Virus record (IMG/VR): IMGVR_UViG_3300024254_000027
Location: 1 to 27,524 of that record
Origin: a virus
Taxonomy: Duplodnaviria > Caudoviricetes
Length of the DNA stretch: 27,524 nucleotides
Reading direction: 5' to 3' (one strand)
Shown: positions 15,446 through 24,951 of the stretch, piece by piece
How the letters are laid out: every line of letters starts with the position of its first letter
How positions within the stretch are numbered: the stretch's first letter is position 1
Translations under genes and position numbers: made by a program
The notes under the pieces: generated by a model
The model's database searches: none
Told to the model about the DNA's origin: nothing
Seen by the model: the letters and a program-made list of their open reading frames with translations, nothing else

Positions 15446-15958
15446 ATGTCCAATTGGACTTTATCACTCTGGGTTTTGAAATGCTTGATGGAACTTGTTC
15501 TTCTTTACACCTGTCTCACCAGGGGTGTTAGGACGATCCTACTCCTGGCGAGTTACACGTTCTCCACAACCTTAGTGTTGATGTTAATCCTCACCTACCT
15601 CCCTTCTAGGTTTGTTGCAGCCACACACTGGGTGGATGTATTCGGCACACTGGTGATGATCTTCGTCTTCATCCAGCTTGCCTCGTATGTGATAGAAGGG
15701 AAGTATGACTATCTCCCCACTCTATACATCTTCGTAGGTCTGGTTACCTCCCAGCTGGTGTGTGTACAGCTGAACCTACACCTCTTACCCTCCTTAAGCC
15801 TCAATCGGCTAAACATCCTCCTCTGGATCCTCGGCATCTTTGGGTTAATCCTAACATCTCGTCGCTTCCCCCACTCAGTGTGGATCTCCCCCATTGATCT
15901 TATGCCGACGTCTATAATCCCTCCACATCAATCGGTGTTGGTAACCCATGATAATTAA
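15446..15958 (+). CDS. Multi-pass membrane protein (about 5 hydrophobic segments)
   Basis: GGGAG SD before ATG 15446; 170 aa, mostly hydrophobic helices. Confidence 0.75.
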   Translation: MSNWTLSLWVLKCLMELVLLYTCLTRGVRTILLLASYTFSTTLVLMLILTYLPSRFVAATHWVDVFGTLVMIFVFIQLASYVIEGKYDYLPTLYIFVGLVTSQLVCVQLNLHLLPSLSLNRLNILLWILGIFGLILTSRRFPHSVWISPIDLMPTSIIPPHQSVLVTHDN

Positions 15959-16030
15959 GGTCGACAACTGCACCACCAACGATCCAACAACCATTAATGC
16001 GGGGTAGTTGTGGTTTACCCATTCCAGCAT
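15875..16030 (-). CDS. Small single-TM protein with basic tail (holin-like or membrane accessory)
   Basis: AGGGAG SD; MLEWVNHNYPALMVVGSLVVQLSTLIIMG...RRRHK. Confidence 0.65.
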   Translation of the reverse strand: MLEWVNHNYPALMVVGSLVVQLSTLIIMGYQHRLMWRDYRRRHKINGGDPH

Positions 16031-16046
16031 GTTAGTTCTCCCTTGA

Positions 16047-16075
16047 AGTATACCTTCTCCGTATACCGGGAGCAC
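16047..16075 (-). promoter_or_regulatory. Promoter P3: GTGCTC-N17-TATACT on the minus strand
   Basis: Same -35/-10 and 17-nt spacing as P1/P2, in the gap between 16030 and 16079. Confidence 0.6.
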
Positions 16076-16078
16076 GTG

Positions 16079-16285
16079 TTACAGCTGTTCAGGTCCGTAG
16101 GTTGCGTCGATTGCTTGACGCAGTTCGAGCATGGTTTCTTGCAGAGTTGCAGCGTAGTGTGGGTTGCGTAATGCCAAGTGTAGAGCTGCAATCCCGCTGT
16201 TGATAGAGAAACTCACCCACCAGGGGAGAGCTACTGGAGTTGGTGCGTTGGTAATAGTTCCGGTTCCTACAACGGGCGTGCCCAT
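16079..16285 (-). CDS. Small hypothetical protein
   Basis: AAGGAG SD; starts 1 nt after the ATP-grasp stop codon. Confidence 0.75.
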   Translation of the reverse strand: MGTPVVGTGTITNAPTPVALPWWVSFSINSGIAALHLALRNPHYAATLQETMLELRQAIDATYGPEQL

Positions 16286-16286
16286 A

Positions 16287-17591
16287 TTAAGCTCCTTTGC
16301 TTAAGGTTCGTCCAACCTGAACAAGAGTCTCCCATCTTCCGTAGTCTTCCGAGAGCTTCTCAATCAGGTCGTTTCTATACTGTTTGTCGGGGATCCGAGC
16401 AGCCTTCGCCAAGTCATACGGACCCCAGAGTGAACCGGCGATGGACTCCCCATGACCGGTTATTGCGACCACGGTACCGCCAGAATCGGAGGTAACCAGT
16501 TGGTCTTTGTCGTTTAGACGGACTTCATAGAAGAACAGGTGTTCACGATCTTTACGTTCAAACCCGCGGATAGGGACTCCACCCTTAGGACGGTATTCTT
16601 CAGAGGGGTAGGGAGGGATCGACAACCTTAACGCCGATCCAAACCCCTCCTTTAACACCATCTCCTTGGGGTAAGTCAACATCGCCAAGCTCGCCAACAA
16701 CTCGCCTACATCGCCTTGGTAGATTTCCAGGAAGGCTGGGAGGGCATCGTAACCAAACCTGGGGGTGAATTCAAGCGCCCAGACTCCTTGCTCATTGACG
16801 ATCGAATTGAGATCGATAGGACCAACGTATCCAAAGCTCCTGAGAGTAGGAGCCATACGAGCGATTCCGTCGTCAATGATGTGGTTGTTGAAAGTACAAG
16901 CCCACACAGCGTTCCCAGAACAACCACCAGAGGGACCCAGATTTTGGTCCATGAGTTGTTTTCTCTCCACAGTGTGGTTAAAAGGGACCATGAAGTCTTT
17001 GCCATTAAACCATCCTTCGGTGGAGATAGCGACCCCACCTTCAATAAATTTTTGCAGCACGAAGTCGGCGGGAGTTGAGCCGGCCAAGCTTTGGAAGTAA
17101 TCCAACATCGCGATCATATCCTCTGCGTCGTAGGACACGTAGGAGTCAATCCCAAGGTCGATTCCTTTCTTCGCTAACTCACCCGTCGGTTTGAAGACGA
17201 GGCGGCCCTCGAACTTCCGAGTATAGGCTTTACCTTCCTCCCAGTCGGTGAAGGATTCAGTGGGAGGGACTTTGATCCCAACCTCTTCCATCAGCTGGAA
17301 GGCCAAACCCCTATCCATCTCTAACTGGTCGTGGAAGACAGAACCACCGAGTACATGATGGCCCCTAGACCTCATCATATCTCCCGTCTTCCCTCCCCCG
17401 TTCGAATCAAACACAACAATCGTCTTGGCGTCGATGAAGTCAGACCATTTGTCTACCTTCTTCACCAATCCATCGAAGTTCTTCTTTGCCCTTCGATCCA
17501 TAACCCACGCGGCCACATCATGACCGTTTTCCGAGAGACGGCGGGCTAGGGCTAGGCCGTCCCCCGAACCAGACATTAGTAGGAATTTCAC
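16287..17591 (-). CDS. PurD (GAR synthetase)-like ATP-grasp ligase
   Basis: MKFLLMSGSG..ALA, LEMDR, VFKP, LQKFIEG, GPSGGCSG, ALEFTPRFG, YRNDL; GTG start with AAGGAG. Confidence 0.85.
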   Translation of the reverse strand: MKFLLMSGSGDGLALARRLSENGHDVAAWVMDRRAKKNFDGLVKKVDKWSDFIDAKTIVVFDSNGGGKTGDMMRSRGHHVLGGSVFHDQLEMDRGLAFQLMEEVGIKVPPTESFTDWEEGKAYTRKFEGRLVFKPTGELAKKGIDLGIDSYVSYDAEDMIAMLDYFQSLAGSTPADFVLQKFIEGGVAISTEGWFNGKDFMVPFNHTVERKQLMDQNLGPSGGCSGNAVWACTFNNHIIDDGIARMAPTLRSFGYVGPIDLNSIVNEQGVWALEFTPRFGYDALPAFLEIYQGDVGELLASLAMLTYPKEMVLKEGFGSALRLSIPPYPSEEYRPKGGVPIRGFERKDREHLFFYEVRLNDKDQLVTSDSGGTVVAITGHGESIAGSLWGPYDLAKAARIPDKQYRNDLIEKLSEDYGRWETLVQVGRTLSKGA

Positions 17592-17593
17592 AT

Positions 17594-17770
17594 TTACTCC
17601 TTGCTGTATCCTTGAGAGACAACCCCAGGGATTGGATGACAGGTTTCAACTTTGGGTTGAGTGACGGTGTTGGACATTAGAGTGCCTCCAACTTCGGTGA
17701 CTTCCTTGGTCTCATTGACCGTTCCCGGGATGGGGTGCGGCTTGTCGTTCAGTCTTGGTTTCATGGACAT
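17594..17770 (-). CDS. 58-aa peptide with two HPIPGxV repeats (not in ORF track)
   Basis: AAGGAG upstream; MSMKPRLNDKPHPIPGTVNETKEVTEVGGTLMSNTVTQPKVETCHPIPGVVSQGYSKE; stop 2 nt before the ATP-grasp start. Confidence 0.65.
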   Translation of the reverse strand: MSMKPRLNDKPHPIPGTVNETKEVTEVGGTLMSNTVTQPKVETCHPIPGVVSQGYSKE

Positions 17771-18137
17771 GGTAAACCAACTCCTTTATCTTTTGTTCGT
17801 ACTGATTCCAATCAACGCCTAACTGGCGTGCTAAGGTGCGCTCAACGATAAGAGCTTGCACATGCTGTTTGTGGTACGGTGCAGCAGGATCATCTCCAGG
17901 TTCTCCTTTTCCCTTGAAGCTAAGGTCCCACTGATCTACCAATTCTTGATCCACCCGATCGGCCATACAACGGATGGCTTCTATAAACTCGTGTATCCCC
18001 AAACATGCTTCCATCTTCCAATCTCCTAGGAAGGAGATGTTGATAATAAGCGTATCAGTATTCCTATCTAACCACCAGTCACCTGCAGTATCATACCGCT
18101 GTTGGTCGTGAGGTATGGTGTTCATCTGAACATTCAT
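17712..18137 (-). CDS. Putative metal-binding/metallopeptidase-like protein
   Basis: HEFIE (HExxE) plus distal PYHKQH; ATGA overlap with the large virion gene. Confidence 0.6.
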   Translation of the reverse strand: MNVQMNTIPHDQQRYDTAGDWWLDRNTDTLIINISFLGDWKMEACLGIHEFIEAIRCMADRVDQELVDQWDLSFKGKGEPGDDPAAPYHKQHVQALIVERTLARQLGVDWNQYEQKIKELVYHVHETKTERQAAPHPGNGQ

Positions 18138-21100
18138 GGCTTCTCCCTTTTCTCACCAAACTCATACCTTAACCTTTCAGCTGGGCTTAAGTCTATCAAA
18201 CGCTGTTCGTGAGTTTCGTTGAGAGGTTTGAAACCCAGGATCCGCGTGAAGTTATCAGATAAGTGGCCGTCGTCTGTGAATGCGGGTCCACCTTCATCTA
18301 TTGATTTGAGTATCGTCTTTATCTCATTCGACGCAGGTAGGAAGTCCATAGGGTACTCCATAACCTTGCGTCGTGCTTCCCTCCCTTCTTGGGTTTCTTC
18401 TGCCATTTTAAAGAGGTTCTGGGCTAACTCCAAATGTGGAGATCCACCAAACCCTGCAGGACTTAACCAGAACCATTTACCCACATCCGCGTGGAAGATC
18501 CCCTCCATGGTGGCTGCCGCGGCGAAGTTCGCCCCCATCCAGGTGCCTACGGTTCGCAACGCGGGACCGTGGAAGTCAGAAACCTTCGTCGCCATACGGC
18601 GCAGGAAGTCCATATAATTCAAGGGCCACATACCGAATTGCCCAAATATGCGGCCCGCTCCAGTCCGTAATAGAGTAGGTTGTGCTCCCCTTCTATACGG
18701 CCAGAGAGTTAGGTCAACGAGTTGTAAGGCTGAGCGTTTGGCTACCTCTTCAGGGGGCACCGCATGATCGGTCGCCATCTGAAGTATCTTATTGATCTCA
18801 GGTTTATCGTAAAACCAAACCGAGGTATCCGTCAAGAACTTCGACGCATCAATAACCCCCGCACGATACTTCTGTACAGCCTCAAAAACTGAGTCGAATT
18901 CACCATTGTAAGCAATGGCACGGGCGACGTTATGACCCCACCTCGACGGCGCAAGGAGTTTAGAACTGAGTTTAAGAGCTTTGTCGAATGTATTACCGCC
19001 TGCGGGGAGTTCGTTGAAGATATCACCATACATCTCTCCGATGTTCTTTTTGTTGAGCAACGCGCCAGCTTCTTCTGCGCGCGTAAAACCTTCTGATGTA
19101 AGCCCACGTGCTGCCCCCTTAATAAAGTTTTTGATACCGAGAACGGGTAGGGTTGTCGTTGCTGCTTGGAAGACGTCTCGGACGAAGATTGCTGGGCGAG
19201 CACCTAAGGCTCCGACGTATGACATAGTCATCAGCTTGTTGAAGATCGATCCGGGATAGTTTACTTCTTCGGGAAGTTTAAACTTGTCAGGTAGATAAGG
19301 GTTGATCTTCTTAAACTGCTCCCCCATTGTACGTCCAAAATCCGCAGACATCCTAGTGATCACTTGTTGGGTGACATCCGGGATACCACGCACATAATTC
19401 ACGTAGTTATTTAACGGCCAGCGGTTTGTACCGAGGATGTATTTACCTTCTACATCTTTAAGGTCTACAACCTTCTTCAGCTCGTTGATAGCATCCCCCG
19501 TAAACTTCTTCTCAAAGCCCTCTCGAATAAGGAAGTTGAAGAACCGCCCAAGGTGAGCATCTTTAGGATCAAGGGTTCCTTCTGCGATTGCTTTATGAAA
19601 GAACGACATATCGGATGGCAGTTTGGCTCCGCGGCCGTAGACAAAATCAGGGTTGAAGTTAAACCCACGGAGCCGGGGAAGCTGATCTCTAAGATAGTTG
19701 AAAGCTGGAATATGGGTGTCATTCTGAAAGTTCTTCAACCATTCTTCAGCACGTGCGAGGTTTTGTAGATCCCCCGCATCCAGCTGTAACTTCTCAGCCA
19801 TCTGAGGCCAGTGTTCTTTCGTCTGAGTGAGAGCATCCATATAGGCGTACAGCTTCTTCGGATTACCCTTAAGGAAGTCTGCCGCGAGCTCTTTCTGGTT
19901 TGTCAACCAATCATCACCAGCTTTGAGCGCATCGTCGACAGCTTTCACTTTTTCGTAGATGGGTAATCTTGTCCCTTGTCGAGAGAATGCTTCATTCAAC
20001 TTGGTATCCAAATCGGCAACCCAAGGAAGCATCGGTCGAAACGCTCCCTCCATCGCTCTCCACCCGACCCATTTCTGGTCTTGACCAACGGAGTGCTCGG
20101 GCATGGGCATGCGTTCGGTAGGGCCTAACCCACGAGGATTCATCTCTCCTCGTAACCCCCTCATCTCAGCCCAAATGGAGGCGGAGGGAGCAAAATCCAT
20201 TCCAGACGCCAACTCCTCCATATGGTCAACCATACTGCCGAAGTTGCGTGAAGTACGGAACTTCCCTTCCGCATCGATGTACTTCCAGGTTTGCTCTTCA
20301 GGGGCATAAAACGTCAACCCATCAGTCTCCCTACCAAGCCTAACCAACTCAGCCATACGATCGGAGGAGGCTTTAACTACCACGTGGTCTAAAGCACGTT
20401 TGGCTTGACGAACGGGGACTGTGTCAGCTTCGAGAGCAGCCCGGTCTAACGCCTTAACTCCGAAGTCTTCAACCATCCTCATAACGGAGCCGATCGAGGT
20501 ATCCCAGTATGCCATATGAGCAAGATAATTCACATCACCCGTTCGAATGGCTGTCGCAGCATGAACGAACGCTTCCTCGATCATCTGGGGTTCTAAAGAC
20601 TTACTATACGCCGCATGCTGCATCAACTGCGCGCCGATCTCTTTAGCAGTCTGTATACCACTAGAAGGTCTCCAAGCCTTAACGATGTCAAAAGGTTTCT
20701 TCGTAATATTATAGAGATTTACATGCATCTGTTCATGCCACACATAATCTCTATTGGGGGAGGTAGCTACATGCCAGGGGCGAGGATCTCTGGGATCTAA
20801 ATCAACCCCTAACGCTTTAACCAACCCTTCTCTGAACGTCTTCGCCTCGGGAGGAATCATCAACCCAGCAGTACCCGGATGAAGTTCTTCTAGCACGTCG
20901 GGGTGAACTCCAATACGGACACGCGCTTCATTTTCATGGAGACTGCGCCAGGTTAGATCTCTGTTAAGCTGCCCCCTCTCAGAGGGAGGGATTCTGTTTT
21001 CTGTAGCTGAAGGCTCAACTTCTCCTTTCCTTGCTGCCTCCTGTAAGGCTGAGGACTCCTCAAGCGAAACTCCCGTTTGTGCGATTTTCTGTTCAATCTC

Positions 21101-23470
21101 TTCCTTGGCAGATTGGATGATTTCATAACCCTTAAGCTCAGATTGAAAGGCTTCGAAGTTGGGAGCGAACCCCAACTCCTCCATATCGACGGTGTATGGG
21201 TCGTGACCAAGGTCTTGAAGTAACCTCTCCGCGGCAGTGTCAATATCTCCACCCTTCCCATATCCCTGTCCCGTTACGATGTTGTAGAGGCGCTGCATCT
21301 TGGACGTGCGTGATTCCTCCACATCCAAGGTGGGAATCGTCTCCTGAGTGGGAGACACCTGATTCCCTAACGCCTTCTCAACTTGTATCTCTCCCACGGG
21401 TTTGGGCGTTAACTCCTTCGGCAGGAACTTCTCAGGCACCTTAATCCCACGTGGAAGTCTCTTCTCAATATCCGAAACATACTCCTGCAACTCATTAGGG
21501 AAGTAATTCCCCCCAGACACTTGGGTCATCATAGAGTCCCACGAACCGTTCGCCATACGGATGTCAGTAGGCTTCATCGCACCAAGGGAATACAACCATT
21601 GCTCGAACTCAGACTTATAAACCCCAGACACCTTTGGTTGGATTTTCCACTCGTCGGGGAGGAGTTCGTTGGCTTTTTCTCCTACTAGCTCTTCCAGCTT
21701 ATCGACCATCAATCTCTTTGACTTCGTTGGCGCCTGGGCATTCCAAATCTGCCGGATCTGATTTGTTACATTCTGTTTAAAACTATCATCATCGCTCCCC
21801 CAGCGATCGACGACTTCTTTGATCTGGTCGCGGGAGGGCATGGCTTTCTTTGGTTGGGAGATAACTATTTTATCTGGAGCTATGGCTTCGACTGGATGTC
21901 CTTGTGACCTTAACTTTTCAGCTATACGCTGAGATGACCATAGTTTCTTAGCCTGTTCATATTCTTCATCAGTTAAAGGTATGTCAGGATCTTTAGAAGG
22001 GAAAAGTTCTGCCCTTGCCTTAGCCCAATCTCCTTCATAGTATTCCTTATCATAAAGACTACCAACCTTAATAACACGATTAGTATATTGGGATTCTGTT
22101 GATTTATTCTGCAGCGCCAAAAACTCCTGCACCTTCCCTTGCCATCCAGGTTGGAAGTCGATACCAAGTACTTCAGCTCCCTGTTGCGTCCAGTATTGGG
22201 TTCTGTTTAGTGCTCCAGGCACATCGTTAGAGAGGATAGATTCTTGGATGACTCGACCATCCTTCAACTTAATCTGTACCTGTGCACCCCTCACATCATG
22301 GGTTTCACGGAGGAAGGAGGAACGTCCTTCTTGTGTGGCTATACGTTGGTCTTGAAGGATGTAATCTCCTATAACCTGGTCTGCATCAAGGGACACTCCC
22401 TTTTCGGGGTTGAGAGCATCCTTCAACAACGCATCTGCACTCCCTTGTACCCCTTTACGAAGCAACTTCCCACCAAGAGATAACCCCCCATCCATAGCTG
22501 CACCTAGGACGAAACCTTTAAGTGCTGCAACACCCTTATCCTTATTCTCTGCAGCACCCCCTTCATAAGCTGCAAAGGCAATCCCCCCACGTAAAGCTCG
22601 ATGGGCGATGCTAGCAGATTTGGTTAGGGCGAATAGGTCTTCCACTACTGATGCGGCTATAGGCTCTGCTCCCTCCGACGCGAGCATTAAAGGTCCAGAC
22701 GCTCCTAACATCTCTCCTGGGAGTTGTTCAAAGATGGGGTTTTGTCCTTCCCTCTCCTGTAGGGCTGCAATATGTGTTTGGATGTCTTGATAACGTTTTG
22801 CCTCCTCTGGATCAAACGGTGCAATCGCACCATGCATGAAGGAGGCTACAGCTTGAATAGGTCTAAGCTTGGCAAGATTCTCATCAGAGATAAGATGAGG
22901 TCTCTTCGTCTTCTCGTCAAAGTACTTGAACGATGTTAGGAGATCATCCTCCTTCGAGAGGTGTGGCGCAATGAAGTTGTCAAAATACAACTTCTTCATC
23001 TCCTGATAGGTCTCCTCAGGCATCATAGGGTCGAATTGGGCAGCAATCTCCGCCCATGGTTTGGCGCCAGAAGGAGTAGACGGGCGCTGAACCAGCCGAG
23101 AGTCGGGATCCAACCCCATGTGCTTAGAGAGGAAGGCCGCGTAGGCGATAGGGTCACCTTCAGCCGTCGCCTTGGGCTCTCCCGTTCCTCCAAGGTAGGC
23201 GTGCATGTGTTGGGCGAGGGTAAACTCGGGATGACGTTCGAGGTTTCTCTGAAGCTGTTCTTTCAGAGCTTTCATCCCCAACTCTTTATTCTCGAATACA
23301 GCGAAACCATCCTTGTCGTACCCCGTCGCACCGAACTGTTTGGCGTATTTCAGATTTCCAGGATTGTTATTCCTGATGTTACGCGCATCCGGCTTAGAGC
23401 CCTGCTCGTATAGAGATATCCCCTCTGCCCATTGATCAATGTTCAGTTGAGATTGTGTAGCCTGCGGCAT
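18134..23470 (-). CDS. Large internal virion/ejection protein with N-terminal lysozyme-like domain and HExxH metallopeptidase motif
   Basis: 1778 aa; RNNNPGNL at N-terminus; WHEQMH...EEAF; last and largest of three coupled genes after a GNAT. Confidence 0.75.
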   Translation of the reverse strand: MPQATQSQLNIDQWAEGISLYEQGSKPDARNIRNNNPGNLKYAKQFGATGYDKDGFAVFENKELGMKALKEQLQRNLERHPEFTLAQHMHAYLGGTGEPKATAEGDPIAYAAFLSKHMGLDPDSRLVQRPSTPSGAKPWAEIAAQFDPMMPEETYQEMKKLYFDNFIAPHLSKEDDLLTSFKYFDEKTKRPHLISDENLAKLRPIQAVASFMHGAIAPFDPEEAKRYQDIQTHIAALQEREGQNPIFEQLPGEMLGASGPLMLASEGAEPIAASVVEDLFALTKSASIAHRALRGGIAFAAYEGGAAENKDKGVAALKGFVLGAAMDGGLSLGGKLLRKGVQGSADALLKDALNPEKGVSLDADQVIGDYILQDQRIATQEGRSSFLRETHDVRGAQVQIKLKDGRVIQESILSNDVPGALNRTQYWTQQGAEVLGIDFQPGWQGKVQEFLALQNKSTESQYTNRVIKVGSLYDKEYYEGDWAKARAELFPSKDPDIPLTDEEYEQAKKLWSSQRIAEKLRSQGHPVEAIAPDKIVISQPKKAMPSRDQIKEVVDRWGSDDDSFKQNVTNQIRQIWNAQAPTKSKRLMVDKLEELVGEKANELLPDEWKIQPKVSGVYKSEFEQWLYSLGAMKPTDIRMANGSWDSMMTQVSGGNYFPNELQEYVSDIEKRLPRGIKVPEKFLPKELTPKPVGEIQVEKALGNQVSPTQETIPTLDVEESRTSKMQRLYNIVTGQGYGKGGDIDTAAERLLQDLGHDPYTVDMEELGFAPNFEAFQSELKGYEIIQSAKEEIEQKIAQTGVSLEESSALQEAARKGEVEPSATENRIPPSERGQLNRDLTWRSLHENEARVRIGVHPDVLEELHPGTAGLMIPPEAKTFREGLVKALGVDLDPRDPRPWHVATSPNRDYVWHEQMHVNLYNITKKPFDIVKAWRPSSGIQTAKEIGAQLMQHAAYSKSLEPQMIEEAFVHAATAIRTGDVNYLAHMAYWDTSIGSVMRMVEDFGVKALDRAALEADTVPVRQAKRALDHVVVKASSDRMAELVRLGRETDGLTFYAPEEQTWKYIDAEGKFRTSRNFGSMVDHMEELASGMDFAPSASIWAEMRGLRGEMNPRGLGPTERMPMPEHSVGQDQKWVGWRAMEGAFRPMLPWVADLDTKLNEAFSRQGTRLPIYEKVKAVDDALKAGDDWLTNQKELAADFLKGNPKKLYAYMDALTQTKEHWPQMAEKLQLDAGDLQNLARAEEWLKNFQNDTHIPAFNYLRDQLPRLRGFNFNPDFVYGRGAKLPSDMSFFHKAIAEGTLDPKDAHLGRFFNFLIREGFEKKFTGDAINELKKVVDLKDVEGKYILGTNRWPLNNYVNYVRGIPDVTQQVITRMSADFGRTMGEQFKKINPYLPDKFKLPEEVNYPGSIFNKLMTMSYVGALGARPAIFVRDVFQAATTTLPVLGIKNFIKGAARGLTSEGFTRAEEAGALLNKKNIGEMYGDIFNELPAGGNTFDKALKLSSKLLAPSRWGHNVARAIAYNGEFDSVFEAVQKYRAGVIDASKFLTDTSVWFYDKPEINKILQMATDHAVPPEEVAKRSALQLVDLTLWPYRRGAQPTLLRTGAGRIFGQFGMWPLNYMDFLRRMATKVSDFHGPALRTVGTWMGANFAAAATMEGIFHADVGKWFWLSPAGFGGSPHLELAQNLFKMAEETQEGREARRKVMEYPMDFLPASNEIKTILKSIDEGGPAFTDDGHLSDNFTRILGFKPLNETHEQRLIDLSPAERLRYEFGEKREKP

Positions 23471-24942
23471 TAGTAAGGACCTCCTTCGGTGTCGGATTTA
23501 ATACCCGAGCCTAGAGGTGTTGGCTTGGTGTCTTTATTGTCTTTGATCGCTTTACCGATCGCACCAATAGTACCTTGGGCAGCTTGATCGGAGGTAGAAC
23601 CCCCTCCGATTGATCTATCAATCGTCGACTGTCCTGAAGGGGTCATTTGGGGTCTGTATCCTCTATTCGTCGAAGGAATCAACCCTCCAGTGATATGGTT
23701 CCAAAAACCTTTTGTCTCAGTCTCAGTCCACCCCATTGCCCTCATTGCTCTCGTTTGAGCGGCAGAGATCATATCGTCAGGGATAGGCATGCCAGCCTTC
23801 TTCATCTCCGCCATGGATTTGAACAGTGCCAGATCAGCCTGGGAAGCCTCCAACTTCATCTTGGCATCCATCCCAGCTGCCATAGCTTGGTAGTGGGCTT
23901 CCTCGGCTTTAAATCGGGCAATGTCGACCTTTGTCCGGGTTTCTTCAGCTTCGATCTGACGTGTAGCCAACGGCTTCATCCCGGTGGGTAGAGCGTTCGC
24001 CAATCCTACCTTCTGCGCATTGGCTGCGATAGTTCCCACCTGTTCGGGAGGTACTCCCATCTCTACCAACTGATTTCCCAACTGCGCCTCCTTAACCAAA
24101 TCAGTCATAGTGTTGGGAACCATTGCGTTACGTACTTCGGTCGGAAGCTCTCCACCCTTAGAAATAATCTCGGCAGCCTTCATCCCCATCGAAGGGTCTT
24201 TGAATCTCCCGTCAGACATCAGTTGACCATAGATGGCGTCTTTGCGCGCAGCGAGTTGAGTCTCGGTTTCGGCTCCCCTTGCCACATCCATCATCTTCTG
24301 ACGTTGTTCAGGAGTTCCCTTCTGCCATGCTTGAGATTGGAGGTTGAAAGGGATGTCATTATGAGCCATCAATTTACCTAACGCCTCGGTATCCCCGTTC
24401 AACGCCTTGTTATGCAGGTCGGAGAGAGTGTTCTGCAGTTTAATTTGATTCTCCTCCGTCTCCCCTTTCATCTTCGCCATCTGCATCCTATGCTGCACAA
24501 ACGCCTGGAGTAAACTCTGGGTAGCTTGCTTTTGAGTTTGTTTAGCCCCTCCTACCGCTCCCACTTGTTGTGCACCTTGAGTACCACCATTTGGCTGTGC
24601 GCCAGAAGCGACGCCTGTCGCTCCCGTTGTTCCAGGAGCACCTCCACCCAGAAGTTTATCCACCGACCCGTCCGCTTTCGCTTGGAGATGGGCTTTCATC
24701 TCTTCAGGGGGCATTAGTTTAATCCCAGCCTTCTTCAACGCCCCAGAAATCTGTTTGTCGTCGACAGGTAGACCTAGATCTAGAGCTTTCATCAAACGGT
24801 CAAATTCCTGAGCGCCCATTTCCTTTTTCTTATCATGGGCTGCCACAATCTGTGCAATCCCCTTCTCAATCGGTGAATAATCCGGGCCTGGCATAAATCC
24901 CAGGTTTGCTCCAACTCCAGAGGTAGAACTCGGACCTGCCAT
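23470..24942 (-). CDS. Probable internal virion/ejection protein
   Basis: Gly/Ala/Gln/Met-rich, no Cys; TAATG coupling to the next gene; positional inference. Confidence 0.6.
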   Translation of the reverse strand: MAGPSSTSGVGANLGFMPGPDYSPIEKGIAQIVAAHDKKKEMGAQEFDRLMKALDLGLPVDDKQISGALKKAGIKLMPPEEMKAHLQAKADGSVDKLLGGGAPGTTGATGVASGAQPNGGTQGAQQVGAVGGAKQTQKQATQSLLQAFVQHRMQMAKMKGETEENQIKLQNTLSDLHNKALNGDTEALGKLMAHNDIPFNLQSQAWQKGTPEQRQKMMDVARGAETETQLAARKDAIYGQLMSDGRFKDPSMGMKAAEIISKGGELPTEVRNAMVPNTMTDLVKEAQLGNQLVEMGVPPEQVGTIAANAQKVGLANALPTGMKPLATRQIEAEETRTKVDIARFKAEEAHYQAMAAGMDAKMKLEASQADLALFKSMAEMKKAGMPIPDDMISAAQTRAMRAMGWTETETKGFWNHITGGLIPSTNRGYRPQMTPSGQSTIDRSIGGGSTSDQAAQGTIGAIGKAIKDNKDTKPTPLGSGIKSDTEGGPY

Positions 24943-24951
24943 ATAAACTCC

